This document shows positions 41,559 through 54,231 of a DNA stretch of 64,000 nucleotides, piece after piece. A program made the translations under genes and the position numbers. The DNA lies in NCBI GenBank assembly GCA_964016885.1, contig OZ024742.1, positions 269,576,001 to 269,640,000 on the forward strand. Direction: 5' to 3'. Each line of letters begins with the position of its first letter. Position 1 is the first letter of the stretch. The stretch is from Eledone cirrhosa (taxonomy: Eukaryota). The notes beneath the pieces are model-generated. The model did not search any database. It saw only the letters and a program-made list of their open reading frames with translations, and was not told the DNA's origin.

Positions 41559-42092
41559 TGTGTATGTATATATGCAATAACTCGTTATGTGTATGTATGC
41601 GTATATATGTGTAGCTTGTCGAGTTCTTTGTTTGGCGCGAATTCCTTTGTTTGTATTCAACCACCAAACCACGTGTTTTAGTGCACGATAGGAATCTTCC
41701 TCTTTTCCATTAGAGGCAGAGCGTGAGAACGGCATGAACTGCTGGGTACATTATCCAGTGGTAATGGTTGTCCCACACTGCATAGACCTATATTAAGGCA
41801 TGAACCGTCTGCTAAAGACGTGTAATAGCCCGGTTACGTATATATCTGCTGACATTGTCGATATAATATCTGCATTTGTGAAGATATGTAGCACAGAAAC
41901 GATACTGTCCAGGAGTTGAGTGTTTCACTTTTATCTCTAACAAATCGCAGCCACCGTAACTGCTATTAACTAAATGTGTGCATTCTGAACTGCTTCAGTC
42001 AATCCGCCAGATTCATTGAGTAAGCTAGACGTTGGCCGGAGAACGTAGACTTACTACCAGCTACCTTCGTTACTTATATATATATATATATA

Positions 42093-42298
42093 TAGGAAAA
42101 AATATGACCCCGACGGCAGAGCTCAAGCCGTTTGGACGGCTATTTCTGGACTCAAATAGCTGTGTCCAGAAATAGCCGTCGAAACGGCTTGAGCTCTGCC
42201 GTCGGGATCATACTTTTCCTATTTCCAACTCTACTACCCTAAGTATTGAGTACTCTGGTGCGTTATGGTCCATCTGGTTCCTTACCACAATTCCTTTG

Positions 42299-42300
<2 letters not shown>
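42093..42300. mobile_element. Short foldback element in (TA)n, copy 2
   Basis: ~58-bp arms (42093-42150 / 42163-42221) plus the same 3' tail as 2260-2340. Confidence 0.85.
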
Positions 42301-42348
<48 letters not shown>

Positions 42349-44709
42349 CTCTAAACAATGTATCAGTTACTAGCGTTTGTCTAATGATAGAATATGTTGC
42401 AAGTTAGTGTTTATCGTGACTGAACCTTGAACTTCTAAATTATAGACCTCAAACCACACTTTGTCAACAAATGTGATTTCCAGGCTTGTGGCAATGTTTC
42501 TAAATTCAAATTCCTCCGATGAAAGCAGTTAGATAATGTCTCAGATTTTCATGTCAAAGTTATCATTCGATGTTTTAAATTTAGAATTTTGCTGTATGCA
42601 AAATCCTTTAACCGAATCAGCATGTTTTGATTTCTGACAATACTCCTTCTTGGGGCAAGATATGTTTTCTTGAGTTTCTCGTTTCCAGATGTATTTTTGA
42701 ATATTACTTAGTGTTAGATGATGTTAAAATTGGTTGTGTTTACGAACTGGTATTGCCGACTTTTCAATGTGTTCATAGATGTCCAGTGTTATTATTTTTC
42801 TTTCGGCAACGTCCGTAACCTCAAAGTATAATTGCTGGAAAACTAATAAGGCCTTATCATTCCAAGGACAAATCTATCACGAATACATAACATCCATAGA
42901 GAATATTAAATGAAGGTACCCACAACTACGTGTCGTTTATAAATATCACATTAACATAACAATGTCAACATTGGTTTGGTAACATCTTGTTGTTGTTAAG
43001 CGGATTCTATATTTGTAATTAATGTTATCCTTTGACAAATATATTAATCTCTAATCTGACTAAATTATGAAACAGAATTAAGCGCCAGTAAAGATATACC
43101 TATCGATAAATGACATATCGGAGGGGGTTAAAATCATTTACATTTCCATGTGACTGGTGTAAGAGAATACTAACTATTTATGAAGTCGATGTGTTGATTG
43201 AGATTGATATTAGGTTAGCCACTTTTGACATATTTTATAGCCCATTGACCTAACCTTCACTTAACTGGTAATATATAATGTAACTGCCGATCTGTAGGAC
43301 ATATGATAAAGCTACAACAATGACGGAACTGAATTACACAGCCAGAATGATAAATGGTAAATATGTTTACATCAGTTGAACCATAACGTTCGACGGATTT
43401 GATGACAAACGAATTGAGTATATTTATTGAACTTAGTGATTAATCAAATCTGTTATCAAGATATTTCAAATTTCATGTACTGTGGCAGACATTCATGCAA
43501 CTATTAATGCAATATATACTAACCATTCACCTGGCATGTTCATTAGTGTTCGTCATATTTGTTCAGTTGCTATAACTAATATAAGAGTTGTCAGATAATG
43601 ATTTATGCATTAACTGTTATGAAAATATGCAGAAAGTCACTCCATTTGCCGACGTTGTTATGTCAACAATATTAATTGCAGTAATTGATTGGTATATATT
43701 TTATGGATCCCAAGTGGATGAAATATTGTTCGCATATTGCAGGAATCCAGTTTCAAATGGAAAGGAGACATAATTTGATATAGACATGCAATCCAACTTT
43801 CTAGTCAGTTTTATAGATATTACTCAGAGTTTATGTAATCCGTGGTACTAATAACATGAAAAATAATGCCAAACAATACTAACATTAATAGGTAAAATAA
43901 CCTAATACCAATTCGTTATATAATATTCCATATGTCTCTGAAGAGTGCAGAGGCATTTTTTTTATGATATAGATATATAAATGTAAACAAGTGAGGCGTG
44001 TCTATTCAACTAATCAAGCAAGAAATGCAACGTATTGTAACTTAATGGCAAATGTTTATGATTAAGTTACACGGAAAATTTTGAAAGAAATGTTATTGTC
44101 ACGAAGGTTCAACGAATTGCATGTAACATTTGCACACGCAACAAGACTGGTAGTTATAGAGATGTTTATACGTACGATACATATTAACATCTTGATATTG
44201 AGTATCAAAGTAATATTAATGCCAACATTCAGGAAAATTACAAAACATTATGTTCCATTTTTTTTTTATTGAACTATTCAGAATTAGTGATATAATCGTT
44301 AAAGGTGCGTAAGATGAGGTCGCCGAATGGTAGTATATTATGATTAGAATTATATGTTAATGGCTGCCTTTCACCATTTCCTGTTCGATAAATAAAGAAT
44401 TCATCCATTGTTTGGGTTAATACTTCCCCTCTTTATCGCTCTGTCTATCTTTTGTTTTTTGGAAAAATTGGGCTGCGTTATGACATGTAGTGGGGTAGGT
44501 TCCACCAGATTGAAATGCCCAAGGCACGCCATGATTTAAGACAGTACTATAACAACTCAATCATGTGTTAAAAACATTTGACCTTACCATAATCTACTGA
44601 AATGTAAGACCGGACTTAAATCTTATGTAAGACACTACGATCAATGTTAATGGGTAATCACAACGTCAATGATTGAAATGTTGTGAATATTTTGATAGAT
44701 TTAACCTCA

Positions 44710-45612
<903 letters not shown>

Positions 45613-45620
45613 ACACACAC

Positions 45621-45693
<73 letters not shown>

Positions 45694-45702
<9 letters not shown>

Positions 45703-46390
45703 GTGAGGTTTTTTTTACAAAATGAAAAATAACCGAGGTGTCCTACACGAGTGAAAGTATAAAGAAAAAGAGATGAAATCGAAAATGCAACTGAAATCTT
45801 ATTTTTTTTTTAAATATATATATTTATTTGGTTCCTTTACCGGTTTCGCAGTTCTTATACTTTTCAAAAGGTGAGTTGAGATGGAGGGTCTGTGGTTTTT
45901 CTCACATCTGGTTGGTCTCTGAATGTTACTTGTTTTATATGGAAAAAGTGGCTCGAAATTCCAGGTTTTTCGAGAAGTAATTTGATTGGTTTGTCAATAA
46001 TTATAATAAATTTCGCGCCAGTTCGCGTTACAATAGTTCTTCAAATAAGAGAGGGGGGGGGGGTTATCACAGGTTGTTTTTTCATATATGAGTGTTTGAA
46101 TTTCTTTTTACTTGAAAAAAGGAGGCTCACGAAGGCTTTTTTTTGGTTGGTTATAAATGAAATTTGGCTGTCACGTGAACAAGTTTTTATTACATTTTTG
46201 CGCCCTTATTTGGAAAACTATTCTGTAGTCTTTATAGTGAATGTTATGACAATGGAGAGATAGTGGTCAAGAGAAAAGGGATTGGGAGAAATGTTCTGGT
46301 TCAGTGAATATGGCCAGCTCGCCGGGGTGTCAGAGTTCAGATTTTCTATTGAGACTGAAAATATATATGTTTATTTGTGTGCTTGTGTGT

Positions 46391-46445
<55 letters not shown>

Positions 46446-46697
46446 TATTGGAAGAGGATTCTATTAGTAGAGATGGGGGAGGGAGTTGTGTGTGTGTGTG
46501 TATATGGGTGTTATGTGTGTGTGTGCGAGTATGTTAAGATGGAGAGAATATATATTTTGTGTGTGTGTATATATATATGTGTGTAGGAAAGTGGTTCTAT
46601 TAGTAGAAATGGGGAGGGAGTTGTCGGTGTGGGGGTTGTTATGTGTGTGTATGGGTGTTATGTGTGTGGGAGTATGGTTAGCATGTTAAGATGAAGA

Positions 46698-46732
<35 letters not shown>

Positions 46733-47400
46733 GTGTGTGTGTATGTGTGTGTGTAGGAAAGTGATTCCTTTAGTAGGAATATTTTTGAATGAACATATTT
46801 TCCTTACTTTTTTGTGTTTGCTGTTGTATTGCCAGTGCAAAAGTATGTCAAGGTTTATTTAGTTCGGGTTTTTATTTTCTAAAGTAGAAGGCGTTATGTG
46901 TGTGTGTGTATGTCATATTGTGGTGTTGACATAATGTATATTAAACCTTATTTAATGTTGGTCTATATTTTTGAATAAACATATTTTCCTTATTTATTCG
47001 CATTTGTTCTGTTGTATTGTTAGCGCAAAGGTAGAATGGGAAGACTTGGAATTTGGGTGTCTTATTAATTGCGCAAATGTCTAGATATGCACTTAGTTGT
47101 ATCTGTCTCGTGGTTGGATCTCGTAATTGTTGGCGATGAACTGTCATTCTGTTTCTGAGTGTGAGTTTAGTTTGTCCTATATAATCTTCATTGCATCCTT
47201 TACATTTAATGGCTTAAAATAGATTTTTTGATGAGCAAGTGAAGTGATTTTTTACAGTAAAATTTTGTCCTGATTTAAATGTATACGTGTTGCCTTCAAT
47301 GAGGTGAGTGCAGGTTCCACAATTAGAGCGACCACATTTTTTGATACTTGGTTGTGGGTTTGTGGTAGGTAATTTGGCATTGGTGAGTAATGTTTTCAGT
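45694..47400 (-). repeat. Inverted pseudo-LTR
   Basis: Reverse complement of 47414-49079, including the GIY-YIG region (with a TAA stop). Confidence 0.95.
45834..45871 (-). ncRNA. U3-A8 variant hammerhead, helix II mutated
   Basis: cctt-TTGAAAA-GTAT-aagaa-CTGC-GAAA-CC-GGTA/aagg. Confidence 0.55.
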
Positions 47401-47414
47401 GAAAACATTACTCA

Positions 47415-47873
47415 CTGAAAACATTACTCACCAATGCCAAATTACCTACCACAAACCCACAACCAAGTATCAAAAAATGTGGTCGCTCTAATTGTGGAAC
47501 CTGCACTCACCTCATTGAAGGCAACACGTATACATTTAAATCAGGACAAAATTTTACTGTAAAAAATCACTTCACTTGCTCATCAATAAATCTACTTTAT
47601 GCCATTAAATGTAAAGGATGCAATGAAGATTATATAGGACAAACTAAACTCACACTCAGAAACAGAATTACAGTTCATCGCCAACAATTACGAGATCCAA
47701 CCACGAGACAGATACCACTAAGTGCACATCTAGACATTTGCGCAAGTAATAAGACACCCAAATTCCAAGTTTTCCCATTTCACCTTTGCGCTAACAATAC
47801 AACAGAACAAATGCGAATAAATAAGGAAAATATGTATATTCAAAAATATAGACCAACATTAAATAAGGTTTAA
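47415..47873 (+). pseudogene. Uninterrupted, start-less copy of the linker plus GIY-YIG domain in the upstream pLTR
   Basis: CGRSNCGTC...NLLYAIKCKGCNEDYIGQTKLTLRNRITVH...LSAHL...PTLNKV*; no internal stop, unlike the other two copies. Confidence 0.85.
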
Positions 47874-48896
47874 TATACATTATGTCAACACCACAATATG
47901 ACATACACACACACACATAACACCTTCTACTTTAGAAAATAAAAACCCGAACTAAATAAACCTTAACATACGTTTGCACTGGCAATACAACAGCAAACAC
48001 GAAAAAGTAAGGAAAATATGTTCATTCAAAAATATTCCTACTAAAGGAATCACTTTCCTACACACACACATACACACACACACAATATATATATCTTCAT
48101 CTTAACACGCTAACCATACTCCCACACACATAACACCCATACACACACATAACAACCCCCACACCCACAACTCCCTCCCCATTTCTACTAATAGAACCAC
48201 TTTCCTACACACATATATATATACACACACACAAAATATATATTCTCTCCATCTTAACATACTCGCACACACACACATAACACCCATATACACACACACA
48301 CACAACTCCCTCCCCCATCTCTACTAATAGAATCATCTTCCAATACACACATACACACACACACACACACACATACACACACACAAGCACACAAATAAAC
48401 ATATATATCTTCAGTCTCAATAGAAAATCTGAACTCTGACACCCCGGCGAGCTGGCCATATTCACTGAACCAGAACATTTCTCCCAATCCCTTTTCTCTT
48501 GACCACTATCTCTCCATTGTCATAACATTCACTATAAAGACTACAGAATAGTTTTCCAAATAAGGGCGCAAAAATGTAATAAAAACTTGTTCACGTGACA
48601 GCCAAATTTCATTTATAACCAACCCAAAAAAAGCCTTTTCGTGAGCCTCCTTTTTTCAAGTAAAAAGAAATTCAAACACTCATATATGAAAAAACAACCT
48701 GTGATAACCCCCCCCTCTCTTATTTGAAGAACTATTGTAACGCGAACTGGCGCGAAATTTATTATAATTATTGACAAACCAATCAAATTACTTCTCGAAA
48801 AACTTGGAATTTCGAGCCACTTTTTCCATATAAAACAAGTAACATTCAGAGACCAACCAGATGTGAGAAAAACCACAGACCCTCCATCTCAACTCA

Positions 48897-48934
48897 CCTT
48901 TTGAAAAGCAGAAGAACTGCGAAACCGGTAAAGG
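48897..48934 (+). ncRNA. Minimal hammerhead with compensatory U3-A8 core
   Basis: cctt-TTGAAAA-GCAG-aagaa-CTGC-GAAA-CCG-GTA/aagg; AATAAA at 48940; 170 nt upstream of the ORF1 ATG. Confidence 0.8.
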
Positions 48935-49100
48935 AACCAAATAAATATATATATTTAAAAAAAAAAATAAGACTTCAGTTGCATTTTCGATTTCATCTCT
49001 TTTTCTTTATACTTTCACTCGTGTAGGACACCTCGGTTAATTTTCATTTTGTAAAAAAAACTTCACTTTCTAATATATACCCACCACACGAAGACCGAAA

Positions 49101-50303
49101 ATGCCACCAAAGTCTCAACAAAACAACAACTCACTGAACCAGGACATCTTAAATGAACTCAAAGAGATTTCCTCTAAACTCTCAATTTTGACCAACAAAG
49201 TGGACCAAATACACATCTATAAAAAAGGACCCCACGAAGAAACAGAAAATACCCAAGAGACGAATATTACTCCATTATTAACTAAGCTAATCGAAACCAT
49301 TGAAACAGCAATGCTCCAAAAGCTTGAACAACCGTTAGAACCCAATCTACGAGATGTCCACTCAGTGAGAAACACCCTAATCAACATATGGACTCAAAAG
49401 CTCACAGCCCGCAAATTCGCCCTTTGGAATCTCCTAAAAAATAATGGCAAGGCAGACATATATGAAAAGTGGCTAAACTGTACCCCAATCATCCTCCCCA
49501 AAAAACTCCAAATAAAACCCATCCCGAATGAACCAGAAAACCAACAAAGACTTAGGGAAAAGATGGCATTGGAAAAATTTAAAACAGAAATAGAACTGTT
49601 GCGATTAAGAGCCAACTCCAACGAAGAAAAATTCAAGTCACTCGACCAACAGATGGACACAGAAATCTCAAAGCACTCTGAAGGCCTACTCTACAAAAAA
49701 AACCTAAAACTTTGGAAAGAAAACTGTGAGGATGAAGAACTAACATCCCTCCAGCGATGGGAACAAAACGCCACCTGGTTCAACAACTACGAAATGGACT
49801 TCAAAAATGAACAACATACAGGTAACCCATTTTTAAAACAAACTAAAACTCACACACCACATGCACAACAAATAACAAAAAAAGTAACAAAACGTCCAAC
49901 ATACCCCCAGCAAAACTATAACGATAATCCCAGAAACCATAGACAAAACTATAACCCCACGTACAAAAACCAAAGATCCCCGAACACAAGGCAGGACCTG
50001 ATCCGCAGATCAATACCCACACAAAACCTATTCCAAAACCGTAGACCCCTGCCCACACAGAGCCTGTTCCAAAACCGTAGATCCCAACCCACACAAAGGA
50101 ACCAAATCTACAACTCGGACTATCAACAAACCGAACCTCAATACGTCCGAAACTTCTATACAAGACCACACAACAACAGGGGAAATACCATTAGATATAA
50201 TAATACCAATGAAAAAACATTCCAGAAAAATCATGTTTTAGACCAAGGCTACAGGACTCACGACACTCGGTGGCACAAACCGATTTTGAAAAACCGAAAA
50301 TAA
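49101..50303 (+). CDS. PLE ORF1, 400 aa: putative coiled-coil protein with Q/N/R-rich disordered C-terminus
   Basis: Intact ATG-TAA frame; heptad-like stretches (LNELKEISSKLSILTNKVDQI; LEKFKTEIELLRLRANSNEEKFKSLDQQM); 12-aa repeat RRxxPTQxLFQN. Confidence 0.8.
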   Translation: MPPKSQQNNNSLNQDILNELKEISSKLSILTNKVDQIHIYKKGPHEETENTQETNITPLLTKLIETIETAMLQKLEQPLEPNLRDVHSVRNTLINIWTQKLTARKFALWNLLKNNGKADIYEKWLNCTPIILPKKLQIKPIPNEPENQQRLREKMALEKFKTEIELLRLRANSNEEKFKSLDQQMDTEISKHSEGLLYKKNLKLWKENCEDEELTSLQRWEQNATWFNNYEMDFKNEQHTGNPFLKQTKTHTPHAQQITKKVTKRPTYPQQNYNDNPRNHRQNYNPTYKNQRSPNTRQDLIRRSIPTQNLFQNRRPLPTQSLFQNRRSQPTQRNQIYNSDYQQTEPQYVRNFYTRPHNNRGNTIRYNNTNEKTFQKNHVLDQGYRTHDTRWHKPILKNRK

Positions 50304-52027
50304 TTAACATTTCAAATACAAACCTCTCAGCCCAACAAGTAAAAATTCTCTCCAAAGGTCTGAAATTCACACCAACACCACAATACCCTAACCCCAACGA
50401 GATAAATGACGATATCTCACACTTCTGTAGAAAATTACGTCTCACAGAGGAATTCCTTGACAAGGAGAATAACGACGAATCAATTGTACGGAATAAAAGC
50501 AGCTACAACCCAACAAAAAGTAGAAACAGAGTTCTGGACAAATTTTGTGACCACATAGCTACCTTCCCATACCATGAACTACCACAACCTAAACCCAAAC
50601 CCAACACAAGTCGAAGGGAATGGGAGATTATCCATGAACTAAAAAACAATACGGACATTGTAATTAAGGAAGCGGACAAGGGAAGTACTGTTGTCATTAT
50701 GGAGGCTGAAAAATATAAAAATTCTATGTTCTCTCTCTTACAAAATACTAATTACTATAAAAGAGTAAAAAACTACCAGCAATCAAAAATAATGACCAGA
50801 TTAAACACACTGATTTATCGATACCAGGAACACCTAACTAAAAAGGAACGCGATTATTTAACAAATTTTGAATACAAAACCAGCAACCTTTACGGACTTC
50901 CGAAGATCCACAAATGTAAAATAATCAACGATGCCTGTAAACAATCCACCTCAGCCTGCGTGAACACACAATACCCCACACAACTTAAATTAAGACCAAT
51001 TGTAGCGGGCCCACAATGTGAAACACACAGATTGAGCAACTTTATAGACATACTACTGAAACCAATACTGAAACACATACCAAGCCTTGTAAGAGACGAT
51101 CTGGACCTCTTAAACCACCTCCCCAAACATGTCAACAACGACACTATTATTCTGTCTTTCGATGTAGTGAATCTCTACACAACGATCCCACACCAATACG
51201 GACTAGAAGCAATAGGATTCTGGCTAGAGAAATATCCCAATGAGATACCTGACAGAATAGAAAAAAGCTTCATCACCGAGGGATTAAAATTCATCCTACA
51301 GAACAACTTTTTTGATTTCGATGGCAATACTTACAAGCAAATATCGGGGACTGCGATGGGCACAAAAGCCGCTCCAACTTATGCCAACTTAGTCATGGCA
51401 TACTTAGAAGTCCAGATATATGAACAGTCCAAATCAAAATACGGATTGAACTTCCACAAATATTTATCAGAGAATTGGAAACGCTACTTGGATGATTGCC
51501 TCATTCTTTGGTCCCACACACTCGACCAACTGAAGGATTTCAAAAACTTAATAAACGGCATCAATAACCCCATCCAATTCACAATGGAATACAGCCAAGA
51601 TCAACTCCCATTTCTGGACATCTTAATCACAAAAAAAGACACAAATATCGAAACTGACATACACTACAAACCAACAGATTCCAAACAATATCTGCTATTC
51701 ACCTCCAACCATCCAAAGCACACGAAGACGAACATTCCTTTTAACCTAGCAAGAAGAATTTGCACAATTGTCTCCAATTATGAAACGCGAAATAAAAAAC
51801 TTCAAGAATTAAAGGAAATTCTACTAGAGAGAGAGTACCCACTATTACTAATAAATAATGGAATAGAAAGGGCTAAAGCAATAGGCATTGATGAATTACG
51901 GAAACAGAAACAAATTCAAGGTACGTCCAATATTCTATCATATATCTCAACACACAACCCAAGAAATGCGGAAGCTTACAACACTATACACAATAACATC
52001 CCACTACTAAAACAAAACCAAGAATGA
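50213..52027 (+). CDS. PLE reverse transcriptase (frame open from 50213, -1 relative to ORF1)
   Basis: LSKGLKFTPTP, IKEADKG, LYGLPKIHK, LRPIVAGP, SFDVVNLYT, GTAMGTKAAPTYAN, WKRYLDDC, LPFLDI; ends at a probable 1-nt deletion near 52019. Confidence 0.95.
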   Translation, partial: KNIPEKSCFRPRLQDSRHSVAQTDFEKPKIINISNTNLSAQQVKILSKGLKFTPTPQYPNPNEINDDISHFCRKLRLTEEFLDKENNDESIVRNKSSYNPTKSRNRVLDKFCDHIATFPYHELPQPKPKPNTSRREWEIIHELKNNTDIVIKEADKGSTVVIMEAEKYKNSMFSLLQNTNYYKRVKNYQQSKIMTRLNTLIYRYQEHLTKKERDYLTNFEYKTSNLYGLPKIHKCKIINDACKQSTSACVNTQYPTQLKLRPIVAGPQCETHRLSNFIDILLKPILKHIPSLVRDDLDLLNHLPKHVNNDTIILSFDVVNLYTTIPHQYGLEAIGFWLEKYPNEIPDRIEKSFITEGLKFILQNNFFDFDGNTYKQISGTAMGTKAAPTYANLVMAYLEVQIYEQSKSKYGLNFHKYLSENWKRYLDDCLILWSHTLDQLKDFKNLINGINNPIQFTMEYSQDQLPFLDILITKKDTNIETDIHYKPTDSKQYLLFTSNHPKHTKTNIPFNLARRICTIVSNYETRNKKLQELKEILLEREYPLLLINNGIERAKAIGIDELRKQKQIQGTSNILSYISTHNPRNAEAYNTIHNNIPLLKQNQE

Positions 52028-52539
52028 AAAAAGCCCTTGAAACACACAAAATAATCAAAAGCAAAAGACAACCAAAATCACTGAAAACATTACTCACCAA
52101 TGCCAAATTACCTACCACAAACCCACAACCAAGTATCAAAAAATGTGGTCGCTCTAATTGTGGAACTTGCACTCACCTCATTGAAGGCAACACGTATACA
52201 TTTAAATCAGGACAAAATTTTACTGTAAAAAATCACTTCACTTACTCATCAAAAAATCTTATTTAGGCCATTAAATGTAAAGGATGCAATGAAGATTATA
52301 TAGGACAAACTAAACTCACACTCAGAAACAGAATGACAGTTCATCGCCAACAATTACGAGATCCAACCACGAGACAGATACCACTAAGTGCACATCTAGA
52401 CATTTGCGCAAGTAATAAGACACCCAAATTCCAAGTCTTCCCATTTCACCTTTGCGCTAACAATACAACAGAACAAATGCGAATAAATAAGGAAAATATG
52501 TTTATTCAAAAATATAGACCAACATTAAATAAGGTTTAA
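52024..52539 (+). pseudogene. PLE linker plus GIY-YIG endonuclease (frameshifted from RT, internal TAG at 52264)
   Basis: CGRSNCGTC linker; NLI*AIKCKGCNEDYIGQT...RMTVH...LSAHL. Confidence 0.9.
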
Positions 52540-53021
52540 TATACATTATGTCAACACCACAATATGACATACACACACACACATAACACCTTCTACTTTA
52601 GAAAATAAAAACCCGAACTAAATAAACCTTAACATACGTTTGCACTGGCAATACAACAGCAAACACAAAAAAGTAAGGAAAATATGTTCATTCAAAAATA
52701 TTCCTACTAAAGGAATCACTTTCCTACACACACACATACACACACACACAATATATATATATATATATATTCTCTTCATCTTAACATGCTAACCATACTC
52801 CCACACCCATAACACCCATACACACACATAACAACCCCCACACCCACAACTCCCTCTCCATTTCTACTAATAAACCACTTTCCTACACACATATATATAT
52901 ACACACACACAAAATATATATTCTCTCCATCTTAACATACTCGCACACACACACATAACACCCATATACACACACACACAACTCCCTCCCCCATCTCTAC
53001 TAATAGAATCATCTTCCAATA

Positions 53022-53088
<67 letters not shown>

Positions 53089-53406
53089 GCACACAAATAA
53101 ACATACATATTTTCAGTCTCAATAGAAAATCTGAACTCTGACACCCCGGCGAGCTGGCCATATTCACTGAACCAGAACATTTCTCCCAATCCCTTTTCTC
53201 TTGACCACTATCTCTCCATTGTCATAACATTCACTATAAAGACTACAGAATAGTTTTCCAAATAAGGGCGCAAAAATGTAATAAAAACTTGTTCACGTGA
53301 CAGCCAAATTTCATTTAGAACCAACCAAAAAAAGCCTTCGTGAGCCTCCTTTTTTCAAGTAAAAAGAAATTCAAACACTCATATATGAAAAAACAACCTG
53401 TGACAA

Positions 53407-53438
<32 letters not shown>

Positions 53439-53615
53439 CTTATTTGAACAACTATTGTAACGCGAACTGGCGCGAAATTTATTATAATTATTGACAAACC
53501 CATCAAATTACTTCTCGAAAAACCTGGAATTTCGAGCCACTTTTCCATATAAAACAAGTAACATTCAGAGAGCAACCAGATGTGAGAAAAACCACAGACC
53601 CTCCATCTCAACTCA

Positions 53616-53653
53616 CCTTTTGAAAAGCAGAAGAACTGCGAAACCGGTAAAGG
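53616..53653 (+). ncRNA. Minimal U3-A8 hammerhead in the 3' pLTR
   Basis: Identical to 48897-48934. Confidence 0.8.
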
Positions 53654-54231
53654 AACCAAATAAATATATATATTTAAAAAAAAAAATAAGACTTCAGTTG
53701 CATTTTCGATTTCATCTCTTTTTCTTTATATATATATATATATAGGTACGGCTGCATGTCTGTGTTTATGTATGTTCACGTGTGAATGTATCCGTGTCGC
53801 TGTGATTATGTGTATATGTATATATGCGCCCTTGAAATTTTGTTTGCGTTTAAAACAATGACTCAAATTATGTGCACTAAATTAATTTCCACAAATTAGA
53901 ATTTCATAAAACATACACCAGAGGTGGATATTTTTATATACAAACCTATGTATGTATTTGAGATATATTTTGACGCGCATATCAACAAAATGAGTGACTA
54001 AACTCACGCAGTTTCTCTCCAAAATAAAACTCTGTTTCTTCATTTAATTCTTGTTTTCCTTTCTAATTCTTACTTTATCTCTCACTCTATCTTCTGGTGA
54101 AGGTCTAAGTTTTAAATCTTTTTCCATTATATCAAGCAGTAAAGTAATATTTATGTTCATTGTCCTGTATCATTCATTCCCTTGCAGTGATTATATATTT
54201 ACTTTTTGCTGATCAATCAATCTATCTATTA

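Larger units (their letters stand above)
45694..53730 (+). mobile_element. Near-complete Neptune-type Penelope-like retroelement: inverted pLTR + direct pLTR + ORF1 + RT-EN + 3' pLTR
   Basis: 45694-47400 (inverted), 47413-49079 and 52079-53730 are three copies of one ~1.7-kb segment; ORFs lie between; (TA)n at both ends. Confidence 0.95.

Noticed and set aside
52020-52270. Possible selenocysteine or readthrough recoding in the main PLE
   Set aside because: The TGA at 52025 arises from a frameshift rather than at a Cys position, and the TAG at 52264 is TAT in the upstream copy; both are best read as decay.
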